A stretch of DNA of 64,000 bases from Octopus sinensis (GCF_006345805.1 NW_021835999.1:124001-188000), one strand, 5' to 3'; counted from the stretch's first letter, positions 10,996-22,091 are shown. Made by a program: numbers and translations. Notes: generated from the sequence alone by a model not told the origin.

Positions 10996-11989
10996 TAGTA
11001 TCGTCCACTCTGTCCGATCCCCTATTAACATTTGGTACCTGAATGACGCAACGTTTTCGACGATTTCCGCTTTATTCTCCTATAAATGTGGAAAAATCCG
11101 AAATCGTGAACATTAATTTAAATCCTGTTCACTGCCGCAACTTCCATTTGCCGAAGAATTTTTTCCGACGTCCGAATTACACCCAAACCGAATCTGACGA
11201 TTCTCGGTGCTTCCATGGATCCTTCTGCTCTTGAAGGCTCCCTGTCTGAAAAAATTTCCAATCTATCCAAAGTGACTGAGAAGCTCAAAGACATCGACCC
11301 TCGTGTGGCTTTTTTCCTTCTCCGAAAATAATTTTCCACTTTTTTTAAACGCTGAGATGTGCGCCCTGTTTAAACAGGCATGACCTTCTTTCCGACTTTG
11401 ACCATATTTTCAGCCTCGGTACGAGCTCACTCTGCAATCTGGACCCAGACATTTTTACCTGTGCGCTGGGCAACCTTAGTATGAGATCTTATTCCGATCT
11501 GGCCCTTTCGGTATTCCTATCCTCTCACTCTTCTTCTCGTTCTCTCTCAGACATCGTTCTCAGAAACCACTTTGAACGCAAATTGTCTGAGGATACTTGG
11601 CTGCTTGTGGTCTGTAGGAAGCCCGGTTTGGTTCTATTCAGCGGCAGTGGAACGAGATCTCTCGTCGGGGGACTTTAGAAGCACTGGCCTCCGTCTATCA
11701 AGAGTAAGACACGATTCCAGAGAGTCATCCTGGCTCTTGACAATAATCGGACTGGGACGACAATGTCCGAGGGTCAGAGTTCTAGAGGTCCTTTTTCGGT
11801 AGGCATTAAGTGCCTCCTGAGCGTTTCCATATCCGATTGGAAGTTCCAATTGACGTTGTGGACCCCATAACGCCACGCTAAGACCGGAAAGGTAAGAGAT
11901 CCCCTTTTTAAACTGTGTCGTGCCAGAAGAACTCGTCGCCTCGCGGGCAGAGGACGGTAATGAGAATTGACCCCAGCTGGAAACTAGCC

Positions 11990-12060
11990 TCCTTCGGATT
12001 CGAACCCACGACTCTCCAGATCCATTATCCATAGCTAAAGCTTCGTGAGACCATTAGTTA
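11990..12060 (-). promoter_or_regulatory. tRNA-derived Pol III A/B-box-like sequence (possible SINE head; also ~42612-42682)
   Basis: Minus strand GTGGGTTCGAATCC (B box) with TAGCTATGGATAA / TAACTAATGGT upstream. No complete cloverleaf. Confidence 0.35.
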
Positions 12061-12388
12061 AATTATCTCAAATTTGACATTTATTAATTTAGCAGAATAT
12101 AATTTTTAAATATCTAAGTTGGATTCAGACAGTGACGGGATTTGTCGACATATCTGTTTCAAGGTCTTTGGTTAAGTTTGATATTAATTTACAATGACTA
12201 CATGAACGGGACTTTTACATTCCATACGAGACAGAGTAGTGGGAAAAAACAAACAAAATTGCAACATTTTTAGAAAAAAGAAAACATGTCATTTCATATT
12301 AATGTCTCGATAATTAAATACGAATATGTTTATATATAACCAATGACTGCCCAATACAATATTTTAATACAATATCTCAATAAGGTTA

Positions 12389-13075
12389 CCGTATTTTCTC
12401 GATTTTAACGCGTAATTGAAAATAACACGAAAGTAATTTCGGGCCAAAAACATCTGGAAAAACACAGTAATCGAATATAGTGCGCACTTAAAATGCGGGT
12501 TGCTTGCGTTTCAGATTTTTTTAAACGCAGTCAAAGTAAGGTGGTACAAGCGTGTTGAGTGACGTGTATTACCTTATCTTAACGAGGGTATGGCGACTTA
12601 AACGATCTTAAAGAGACAATCAATTATGTGCGTTGAACTTGTGTAAAGGATCAAAGGTATCACATGTGTTTAAACTACAAGTGTTCATCAAGAGTTCGGC
12701 AGATCAAAAGTCAATTGGGTTTCATCAGCGTTTCCTATATTTCGATGTTAGAGTGGTGCTTTGTCCTCATCTTGATTATGGACTCCATCAGTTTATGTTT
12801 GTAGTCCTCCATCATCTTTAGGACAATTGACGTTGTCTTTCTTACAGATAGGTTCTTTCGTTGTATAAACTTATAGCACCAACATGCAGACGATTTGAAG
12901 CCAGAATTCTTGTTGGTTTTATTCGTGATTTTCAGGTCAGGATACGCAGCTTGACTGTGCTGATGCTACACCCTCTAGCTCTTCTTTCAGCAATCGTTTT
13001 AAGACGTCCTTCCTCTAACTCTGAAAACATTGCTTTTTTTCCACGTCCTGATGCTTTTGCTATTACTATTTTAAA
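12389..13075 (-). pseudogene. Decayed Tc2/pogo-type transposon (also ~43010-43700)
   Basis: TA|CCGTATTTTCTCG terminus at 12389. Minus strand FSELEE..KTIAERRARG, GFKSSACWCYKFIQRKNLSVRKTT, IGNADETQLTFDLP. Confidence 0.7.
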
Positions 13076-13180
13076 ATTCAAAGTTGGAATGTGCACAATG
13101 TCTGTGAGTCAAAGTGAGTTTGACAATGCTTTTTTCAATCAATTTGTAATTTATTTTAGTTATTGATTATAACACGCACC

Positions 13181-13763
13181 TGTTCTCAAATGACCCGAGA
13201 GAAACATGATTCCTACTACGATTACAATAATGCAAAATGGTCGGCTTATAAGAAATACGTTGATACGAAACTTTCCACATTCTATCCGGGACTCAATTCC
13301 CTCGATATTACCGAATTGAGTGCCAAAAGGTTCCCCCTATCCCCCGTATGCAATAAGAAATTAAACTTTCTTAAAAAATTTCTTGGAAACTTGGAAGACG
13401 CCAAAGGAACTTACGGATTAGAGTCTCTATACACCAAATACATTAAACCGACAATTGGTTACGGATGTACAGTATGGGGAATCAATCTAGCATATAGAAA
13501 TTTTAAAAAAATCGACTGAGATTGGAGATTGTAAACCTCCTAGCAAATGCCACGGGAAACAAAATTCCACCAAAGGGACTAGAAGAAATCATGAAAGAAA
13601 ACGGTGGAGACCTCAGGAAAAAGTCCATGTTCGGGATCCCCGACCTCTTAGACAAAGCGCTGTAAAATACAGAGAAAAGATGCGAAGGTTTCTAAAAGAG
13701 GCTAGGATTACCTGAAATAGTTAATTATGGTTATGACGGTGTTTTTGTTCCTAATAAATAAAT
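13181..13763 (+). mobile_element. Internally deleted LINE copy related to the 2345-5240 fragment (also ~43811-44395)
   Basis: QGSPLSP-coding sequence fused directly to CNKKLNFLK..YIKPTIGYGCTVWG. Flanked by TTATAACA(C/T)GCACC repeats, a TSD-like pair. Confidence 0.6.
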
Positions 13764-14465
13764 TATAACATGCACCCCATCTATTGGAATTAATTATATA
13801 GCAAAAATCTGCGTAGCTCTTTTTTCAGCAATTGTTTTAATAACTTGCTCGTTTTGATGCCATGTTGCTTTTAAAATGTCCAAAATTGAACTGATATATG
13901 ATGAACTGAGACGAGTACGAGGCGAAAGGGGGGGCAGTAACAATCATAGCTTTCCATCGGCTTTATGAGATGAAGTAAAAACAAAAATTTATAATTTCCG
14001 AAAATTAACCAATCAAAGAAATTGAAGGCAATACAAAATGGCCGTTTCCATTTTGCATTATCGACGGTACATGGTGTTTTTATGCTGTGACTGGAAAAAT
14101 ACAGGCGTTGACTATTTTTCTAGATCGCAATTCTACTTTCCAGCTTATTAATTCAGGATTGTGATGTTAGTGATACTTTACAATCTTTAATATGCGTTTA
14201 TTTTAAATTCAAAGTTGGAAATTGCACAATGTCTGTGCGTCAAAGTGAGTTTAACAATGCTTTGTTCAATCAAATTTGTAAATTATTTTAATTATAGCAC
14301 GCACCCCATCTGTAGGAATAATTTATTCACAAACAAAGTCCAGAATATACAACATTGACCATTTCATGTATGATAATGCCCTCAAGACTGTAGTGACAGT
14401 CAGTGCCGATTAAATATATCTCTTTCATGGACACACGTACATATTTATGGAACAAAACAACTCAT

Positions 14466-15730
14466 TTATTGAATATAGTCATCAAAAAATGCATAATCTT
14501 CCAAGTAATTAAAATTCTGAGTATAATCACTGGTAGGGTGAGTGTTGAGGGGAGGAAAGGAATCCCGGAAAGTCTGAATTCCGACATTATAGGCAGTCTC
14601 AACCCCCGGACAGACCGGCGGGAGAGGAGGAGGGTGTCTGGAATGTCCCTTCCGTTTGCAATGCATTCCAAGGGACTGTCTTAGGCCGAACATTTTGCCG
14701 CAGACGTGGCAGACGTAGAGAGGACAGGAGTGGGGGGTGGAGGGGTACAGTCTGTACTTACACCGAGGACAGTACTCTGAACTGTGGACACGAGCAAAGT
14801 GCTGTTGTTACAACAAATTAACACTTTTTTGAGCAGACCAAATGTGGAGTATTTTTTGTCGCAGGTTTTACCGTCATTGCCCGGACAGCAGTACTGGAAT
14901 TGGTCCCCACTTTCTTCATTCGTCCATATTTTTTCCTATATTTACTCATTCCGCCTACCATGCACGACTTGTGCACAATCCGCATGTGCATTTGCAGGGC
15001 TCCGAAGTGGGCACAGAATCGGGAACACATAGGACACGTGTTTAGACATCCCCTCAGACCTTCCACGGGTGGATACACATCAATCATACACAACTAATTT
15101 GAACAATTTATTAAAAATTAACTAGCAACCAAATTTATTAAAAAAGAAAAATTAGTTAAATCCATAAATCTCGGATTGATGGAATTCTCTTAAATAAATG
15201 AAGGGGAGTGGAACAAACTGGATGGTTTTTCATATGAGCTATAGCTGTACACAGATGGGTAGTATGTGAAGCAATCCTCCAGAATTGTATCACGTCGTAT
15301 TGAATTGAAGGCATTTTTAATGTCAATTTTGACGATTACAAAAGGAGTGTTCTCGTTCTTTTCGGTGAATATTCGGACAGCATGAACTGCCGCTTCACAC
15401 ATGCAATTACATCGGCAACGGTACGTTTGGAATATATCAAGTCTAAGTCGAATACACGCTCCGATGCGAACAGTTTCGTCCTCCAAAAGTAGACTGTTGG
15501 ACGCCAACAAAAGAGCATTTAGCTAATCTCTCGAGTGGGGCTGGCAGGCGCAGTTCAAGGAAGCTAACTGCATTTGATCGGCTTGCGAGCGAAGACTCTC
15601 CAACAGGTGTAAACACTTGATGACATCCCAACTCTTCTGTATAAAAAGACTCTTCGGAAGGTCAAGTCCGAGCAATCTCCAGGCGTGAACAGCAACAGGG
15701 TATTTCGTAAGCTCGCCGAGTTTGGGTGAG
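14466..15730 (-). pseudogene. Rearranged RLE-type (CRE-like) retrotransposon fragments with C2H2 fingers (also ~45098-46360)
   Basis: CHVCGKMF...MHCKRKGH and CPMCSRFC..LQMHMRIVH fingers. VKIDIKNAFNSIRRD and LLLEDETVRIGACIRL match the CRE ORFs but in permuted order. Confidence 0.65.
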
Positions 15731-16404
15731 TTTATAAGAACAGAGCAAACAAAATTTTCAGCAAAATATTTTAAGTAAAGACTTAGAATATTTTGTTATT
15801 AACCCAATATTTTTTCTATAATAAACTTAAAAAACTCAACTGATTCGCCTTAAAAATGCCCTTATGCAGGCTTCGCCCGCGGAGTAACTAAAAAATATTT
15901 AGTTTTCTTTATAAAAATTTAAAAATCAGTAATTTTTGTATCAATTTTTCGTACCCATTTGAAACGGTGCAACAAGAAAACAGTTCTGCATCACACTCAC
16001 TTGAGGAGAAAGCACTCGTTTTGTTAAACTCATTCAAATTAGCAAATGATAGTTGCCTTTTAAAGAAATATTCAAACTTTCTACATTCGGACAAATAGAT
16101 TGTATCTCGAAATTGAAACCCCCTAGTATGACTTTCTAACCACCACTAGAGACACACCCTAACATTTAGTAAATAGCTTTGCGGATTGTAACGCCCATTC
16201 TTCAACATTAATGGAGCAGATAATTGCTTTCACTGCGTTTAATTTTGAGTTCGTTTCCAGATGAGAGGGACTTTAACTTTCACCAGTAAAACAAAGCTGA
16301 AAAACCTTCATGACCGTCCTTTTTATAGGTTCTGTGCCAGTTTCCTTGATTCCGGTCTAAGTGTTCAGTTACAAAACAGTCAAGCATAAGAATTTTAGCG
16401 AAAT

Positions 16405-19400
16405 TATCGAAATAAAAGTTAGTAAGAAAAAAGTAAGCAATTGGGTGGCTAAGGGAATTGTCGAGAGCCTGAGGGTCAGCTCAACGATGCCGCGCTGCGT
16501 ATTGAGTGGCAGTTTCCGCGGAGCACAGCAACCGAGATTCGCTGGAACAGCCAGCTCGTCTCCCTCCGGTCGTTTGTTTTTGTGGAGATTTTTCTACCAA
16601 TGGCGGTGAGGAGTTGAGTCGCAGCCTTTCCGACGATTCCAGAGGTTTCGAAGGCGAGGGGGGCAAACTCAAAAGCGTCCGAAATACACCGGTATTTCAT
16701 CATCTTTGTCTCTTCAGCCAGCGCACTGGCGGAACCCGGGTCTGCGACAGTCCTGGGAAGCATTGTCGCCGAAAAAGAGTCGACACACGTGGCATCCCAA
16801 ACCAGGGACTTGCCTTCCCTAAAAGGAAAGGTCGTCATCCCGTCGGGACGCTTGCCGTCGCTCCGGGAAAGGCCGACTGGCTCTAGGGTGGAAGGGAAAC
16901 CAGCCGACTCTAGAGCCCTCCTCACAACGTCATTCAGATGAGTGTGACGGGGAATTCTCCCGGCACTCTTCTTACACGACAAGGCGTGCAAGCCGTTTGA
17001 CAAAATTGAGGACCCGCACCGGCAAGGGTGGGGCTGGCAGATGTCCAAACCCAATCGTAAGCTGATCCCAATTTGCAAGGATTCGTCGTCCAGTAGTAAC
17101 CCCGTACTAGGAGTGGGGAGAGCTTTGAGCAAGTCACCCGTGTGCGGCTGACAGGCGCAGTTAAGGGTGGCCAGCTGGAGTTGGTCCGACTTGGAGCGAA
17201 GTTTTCGTAATGTGTTCAAGCAGAGAATTTCGTCCCAGCCCCTTTGAACTGAAGGGATCGTGGGAAAATCAAGGTCGAGTGAGCACCACGTACGGCATGC
17301 AGATGAGAATTCCGAGAGCTCATTAAGTTCGAGAGAGGGAAGTAGAACTGAGCAAACGGAATTCCTGGAAGCCGACATGGATGAGAGATAGCAGGGTAGG
17401 GCCAGGTCCGCACAAGGGCGGATCCCGATCCCCCCGAAGCGAGTTGGTAAACTGGCACGGGTAAAACCGTCACCAGTGAACCTCAAATTGAGGTGGAATG
17501 TTAGCGATTGGTGGACAAGATTATCGATTCTGGATAATGAGTCTGTGGCAGCGAAACACGGGGAGGAACGGAGAATATAGGTCAGTCTGGGGACGAAAAG
17601 AAAGTTCTTCAACAAGAAAAACGCAAGATGCGAGCCAAGCCCACGGATCCGATCAGTGAGTAGTTTAATTTCGTCCCATTTAGACGATAAGGCATTTTCT
17701 ATGCCATCAGCGGAAATTGGAGAGCCCAAGATAACTAGATCGCTGGTGGGCGTTAGCCTTAACCCAACGATCAGGCTGCTGAGAGAGGAGAATGTGTTGC
17801 GGAGAGCGGCGGGGGCAAGAGAAATGTTTACGAGTTCGCATTTTTCGCCGTTAAGAGATAGTCCGATCTTGGAGAAACCGGAAGTGATTCTCTTAACGTC
17901 TTCCATAACGACCTCTGTAGGTCCACCAATCGTCACGTCGTCCAGGTACCAGAAGTTAACAGTGGAAGAAAGGTTCCGTGCAATGTGGTCAACAGAGAGG
18001 GCAAACAGCAATGGGCCCAGTGGGTCACCCTGCTGAATGCCGCATTCTGACATGATGATCTGATCATGGATCAGAAGGCAGCTTGGGGCAGAGTATGCCA
18101 GCTTTACAATTGGGAAGAGAACGGGGCAACGTGCCGAGACCACTTCGAGCAGATGGTCCCGGCGGACGCAGTTGAATGCGTTGCTGACGTCCAGCTTCAC
18201 GATGAACTTGCAGTCTTCTGGCTTTGACTGGACAAGTTGGCGAGTGCCGTGCGCGAGAATTTCGCAGGCACCTTGGACGCCGACACCGTACTGGAAAGGG
18301 AGAAACTCCAGACTCAGGGGGGGAACCACCCTGCGGGACATTATCTTGGCCAAGAGTCTCCTGAAAACGTTACCGACCGCAATGGGCCTCACGCCACCAT
18401 CGGCTTTCGACAGGGCAATGAGGCCAGCAGAGAAAAGAAGATCTCTGGCGACGGTTGGAATCTCGCCCGAGACAATGTGCGAACAAAGACGAGTGACAGA
18501 AGATAGCAGGTCTTTTCCGGATTCGTGGGTTAATGGGCTCAGGAGATCGCGTAGGTGGATGGGCTTTACACCGTCTATCCCGCCGCTGCTACTGGGCGCA
18601 AAAGACCCGAGAGCGGCCGAAACCTCAGACGAGGTTATCGGGTTGGACGGAGCCGAAACTAACGTCGGTGTTGCACGGAGGTCGGTGGGAGCTTGGGGGT
18701 GTTTGCTGCGGAGTTGATTCAGGACAGCATCACACCGAGGAGCCACAGAGGAGTTGGATGAAATTGCGCGCACTGCTCCAGAGATATCGCCCTGGAGGAG
18801 TTTGCTTCGGACTGCCCGGGAAAAGCGCAATTCTGCGAGACCGGGCCGTTTTGAAGGTGCCTCCTTACAAGGGGGCGTAAGAGAGACAGACAGCCAATCA
18901 GAGTTGAACTCTGAGTGGACGTAAGATGTACAACGGTCCTTAATCCGCTGGGCAGAAGAAACGTGATTAGCAGCGCATGAGCGCATAGGAGAAGAATTGA
19001 GGCAAACGGGAAAGAAAGAGAACAGCTTGAACCAAGGGTCAGGAGCGCTGGAAGCCAGCGCCTGGTCGATCAAGGCTGCGAGGGACTTGGCCACAGTGGG
19101 TCTGGCCGATTTTGGAATCCTTACTGGGATGAATGATTCGCTTCGGAAAGCAGATAAGGATTTGAGGAATTGAGAAGGGGTAAAATGGCTCCCGGGAATT
19201 GGGGATATGCGTTTGGGTAGACCAAGGCAACTCGGGCACTTCCAGCATTGGATAACGGCCGAGCTGGCCCTGGAGAGCCCGACGCAGGATAGATGGAAGT
19301 ACAGATCGCAAGAGGAGCACAAGCGGCCCTTCTTGCGGGAATTGGATGATTTACAAGAGGAACAAGTTGCCATGTAAAGAATGATGCAATAAAGCGAAAG

Positions 19401-19520
19401 AAAAAGGAAAAGGAACGATTAATAGAATGATAACGACAGGATAGATTAATAGATGATAGAATAATGAAATGATAACAAAAATAATAAAAATAGAAACAGC
19501 AACAACAACCAACAACCAAA
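16405..19520 (-). mobile_element. Full-length CRE-clade non-LTR retrotransposon (CRE-1)
   Basis: Single intact ORF, ~150-nt pyrimidine-rich 5' UTR starting with GTT repeats. No convincing TSD; exact ends are approximate. Confidence 0.85.
16476..19373 (-). CDS. CRE ORF, 965 aa: PHD finger + RT + CCHC + restriction-like endonuclease
   Basis: C4HC3 CSSC..CSSC..FHLSC..CPSC; GGVRPIAVG; GIQQGDPLGPLLF; YLDD; CRCG..H..C; RH; KRPDG; WDAT. Confidence 0.95.
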   Translation of the reverse strand: MATCSSCKSSNSRKKGRLCSSCDLYFHLSCVGLSRASSAVIQCWKCPSCLGLPKRISPIPGSHFTPSQFLKSLSAFRSESFIPVRIPKSARPTVAKSLAALIDQALASSAPDPWFKLFSFFPVCLNSSPMRSCAANHVSSAQRIKDRCTSYVHSEFNSDWLSVSLTPPCKEAPSKRPGLAELRFSRAVRSKLLQGDISGAVRAISSNSSVAPRCDAVLNQLRSKHPQAPTDLRATPTLVSAPSNPITSSEVSAALGSFAPSSSGGIDGVKPIHLRDLLSPLTHESGKDLLSSVTRLCSHIVSGEIPTVARDLLFSAGLIALSKADGGVRPIAVGNVFRRLLAKIMSRRVVPPLSLEFLPFQYGVGVQGACEILAHGTRQLVQSKPEDCKFIVKLDVSNAFNCVRRDHLLEVVSARCPVLFPIVKLAYSAPSCLLIHDQIIMSECGIQQGDPLGPLLFALSVDHIARNLSSTVNFWYLDDVTIGGPTEVVMEDVKRITSGFSKIGLSLNGEKCELVNISLAPAALRNTFSSLSSLIVGLRLTPTSDLVILGSPISADGIENALSSKWDEIKLLTDRIRGLGSHLAFFLLKNFLFVPRLTYILRSSPCFAATDSLSRIDNLVHQSLTFHLNLRFTGDGFTRASLPTRFGGIGIRPCADLALPCYLSSMSASRNSVCSVLLPSLELNELSEFSSACRTWCSLDLDFPTIPSVQRGWDEILCLNTLRKLRSKSDQLQLATLNCACQPHTGDLLKALPTPSTGLLLDDESLQIGISLRLGLDICQPHPCRCGSSILSNGLHALSCKKSAGRIPRHTHLNDVVRRALESAGFPSTLEPVGLSRSDGKRPDGMTTFPFREGKSLVWDATCVDSFSATMLPRTVADPGSASALAEETKMMKYRCISDAFEFAPLAFETSGIVGKAATQLLTAIGRKISTKTNDRRETSWLFQRISVAVLRGNCHSIRSAASLS

Positions 19521-19738
19521 AAAGTTGAATATAAAATTATCTTTGAAAACTGGTTTTATGACTAGAATAAGATTCCATTTAAGAATAAATTTTGAAATAA
19601 CATTTCGGATGATTAGGTTGAAATCACTTTCGAATAAAATGATTTTTCTCAAGTTTAAGTAAAAAAAGCTACTTTCCGTGTACATGTGGAAATCATGTTA
19701 TTGAGAAATAAAAATTGGCAGCAATAAAAACTATAAAC

Positions 19739-20981
19739 TTAAACTAATTTATTTGTGTTATGTTCTCTCAATTTAATCTCCATCACTGTCCGCTTTGATT
19801 CCGTTCCACGGTCGTCCGCAGTCATGTCAATTCGCTTCCGGACACACCTCATCAACTCCTCAGTCCCACGTCTGTCCTTTCCAGATATTTCCACCACATC
19901 CATAAAGCCACTCTCTAAAAATAAAATCACCATCTCTTTAACCCGAAGAATTCCTGATAAACTCCAGTAAAGGCTCTCTCAAAACATAATCCTTGTCCTT
20001 GTCAATTTTATTAACCACCAGAATTCGAGGTTTGAGACTGAAGGAATCGTCGAACTCACAAACAACCTAAAATATAAGACAAAGGAGACCTTAGTGATTA
20101 AACGGACCGCTTCAATCGAGTCATATTCCGGAGAATCAGGACCCAATTGGAAGCCAGTAACATCGATAACAAAAAGAAAGACTCTAACCCGTGTCAATGT
20201 TTAAGAAATGTCATTTTGGGAGTCATTCCTATGAGAGAGGCCGATTTGTCATCCCCGACAATCCCTGGAAGATCCGCTACTAAAATTTGTCTCCCATCGA
20301 CAAACTCTGCCACCCCAATCTGAGGCGTGATTGTCGTGACTGTCAAATTATGCAATAAATTACAAGGATAGTCCCCTATTCTGGGTAAAGCACTGGTTAT
20401 AGCCGACAGAAGTGTCGATTTGCCTGCATTGGGAAGACTAGGGTTAGTCCCGGACGTACCCCACTAATCCAACGTCAGCCACCAGTTTGTAGTCCAACGT
20501 AATTGACTTGGTTTCCCCACTCCTCCCCACAAATCCGTTGGATTGATTTCCGCCTTCTCCTCCCGAAGACACGAGAAGTTTCTGTCCGTGAAAGTTGATT
20601 TCCCCTTATTGTCAATTTGAGGTAAAAAACCAATTATTTGGTTGGTCCCCGTCTTGACAATGACCCCCAAAGGTGACCGAATGTAGGAGGACTTCCCTGG
20701 GAGTCCTACCAGAGCACGGTAACTTGATATGTCAAAAAATATACTTGCTGTGTCCCCCAGGGTCTCCAAACACGGTTTTGGACTGAAGGGAATAAAGATT
20801 GCTGTCCCCGATAACAAATACGTCTCCCCCTCTTCCTCCAATCCCGCCGTTGAATTTGTTTCCGTTGCCCCCTTTGGCTCCCTTTACGCGAATACGACAA
20901 AAGTCGGTTAAAATGGGTTGAAGCTTAGAGTTGGATATTTTTATTTACTTGTTTGTTCAGTATGGATAAGTATCTTTTCAT
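19739..20981 (-). CDS. GTPBP10: Obg-family GTPase, GTPBP10 (ObgH2)-like, ~357 aa, 8 exons
   Basis: Seven introns of 25, 22, 26, 22, 24, 23 and 28 nt. Motifs GGRGGDV, KLVADVGLVGLPNAGKST, YPFTT, VADLPG, FLKH, GFQL, NKID. One missing base at ~20197 (cattg for catttg) restores a length of 1074 nt. Confidence 0.88.
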
Positions 20982-21229
20982 ATCTTCACAAGAAAATATT
21001 TTAATATATTTTTAAATGTGACAATAACTTTATTAGCTAAACCCAAAACCGAAAATGATAAGAAATTAATTAATTAATTGATTCTTGTCTTCGGAAAACT
21101 ATCGTCACTATTTGCACTTTCATGTTCATTGCGCATTTGTTTCATCCGGGTTATCTTTGTAAAATTGGTTTGTCATTTCAACCAACTTGCTAGTTTCAGT
21201 AATGAATTCTTCTAGTGTCTTCTTCATCA

Positions 21230-21730
21230 CAAGACACCACCCTGTATTTATTGAATTTTTCCACTTCAGTTTGCTTGAGTCTTTCTTGAGATGTAATTTC
21301 CAATACAATTATGATAATCTTAATCTTCGACTTGTCGTATATAACTTGTTGAGTCCAAAATATATAACTTGTTGTATATCTGGCTTATTGAACTGAACTT
21401 GGGTATCTATCAATATTGATCTATCCATCTATATCTCTAAATTTTGGGTCGATAAACTAAACTTTAACTTCCCAGTTTTCTTTACTCCAAACTGTATGGA
21501 AAAGTGCAAATGGATGAATTTTAAAACCTCGTCGTGTCTTCTTACATAGTCACTTTTTAGCATTTTATTGCACTGTGTATTCACGTGGTCTTCTTAGTTT
21601 TCTTGTAATGATCACACAGTGTATAAAAAAACAAATTTCTATCTTGCAAAAGGCAATACAAAGATTCACTTCTTGGTGAATTGTTCTCTTTGTTCAAACA
21701 CTCGACAGACATTTTGAGATCTACATTATA
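21230..21730 (-). pseudogene. R4/Dong-like non-LTR retrotransposon C-terminal (RLE) fragment
   Basis: YVRRHDEVLKFIHL, NKPDI and IIIVLEIT motifs with stops. Confidence 0.6.
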
Positions 21731-22091
21731 ATCCCTTCACTATTATTTTAAATAACTTAAATAACATTTTGTTAAGTTGACCAAATGATTATAATGAATA
21801 TTTATTCACAATTTTGAAATAGTTTAACTTACTTCAATATCTTTTTTGAGTCGGACTGGGATGATTATGAAATAAAAAATGAAATCAGATATTTCTAATA
21901 CTTTAAATATTTTTCAATTCCAGATTTTTAGTCAAAACAAATATTTTGGGGAGTCTTTATCCAACACATGTGACTATTTCAATCAATGAAATGAATTACT
22001 AACATTACTGAATGAATGACGACTACAAGCTGTGTTAAGCCCTGCTGTTCAAACATTACATTTGTTTTATGCGCAATTTACATGAGGAGAT

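Larger units (their letters stand above)
9700..11560 (+). pseudogene. CRE-clade RT fragment interrupted by pogo (uninterrupted at ~41530-42185)
   Basis: QGDSLGPVFFALGVNSIVHS...INIWYLDD and RSYSDLALSVFLSS, homologous to the full CRE ORFs. Confidence 0.85.
1..16404 (+). repeat. Segmental duplication, copy A (extends past the left window edge)
   Basis: Position 1 (caacttattggcgtacagtc...) matches 29311. The copies are colinear until ...ttttagcgaaat at 16404/47052, apart from TE indels. Confidence 0.97.

Noticed and set aside
11990-12060. Functional tRNA gene
   Set aside because: Only the T-arm/B box is convincing; there is no acceptor stem or anticodon arm.
15909-16400. Possible spliced gene on the minus strand (also 46558-47050)
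   Set aside because: Short open stretches exist, but I found no splice model that works in both copies.
16506-18880. Plus-strand ORFs of 60-180 aa over CRE-1 (likewise over CRE-2 and the RTE)
   Set aside because: Antisense shadows of GC-rich TE coding sequence with no independent motifs.
16405-19540. TSD for CRE-1 (AACTTTT or GATAATTT matches)
   Set aside because: These are 7-8-nt AT-rich matches at inconsistent positions, expected by chance.
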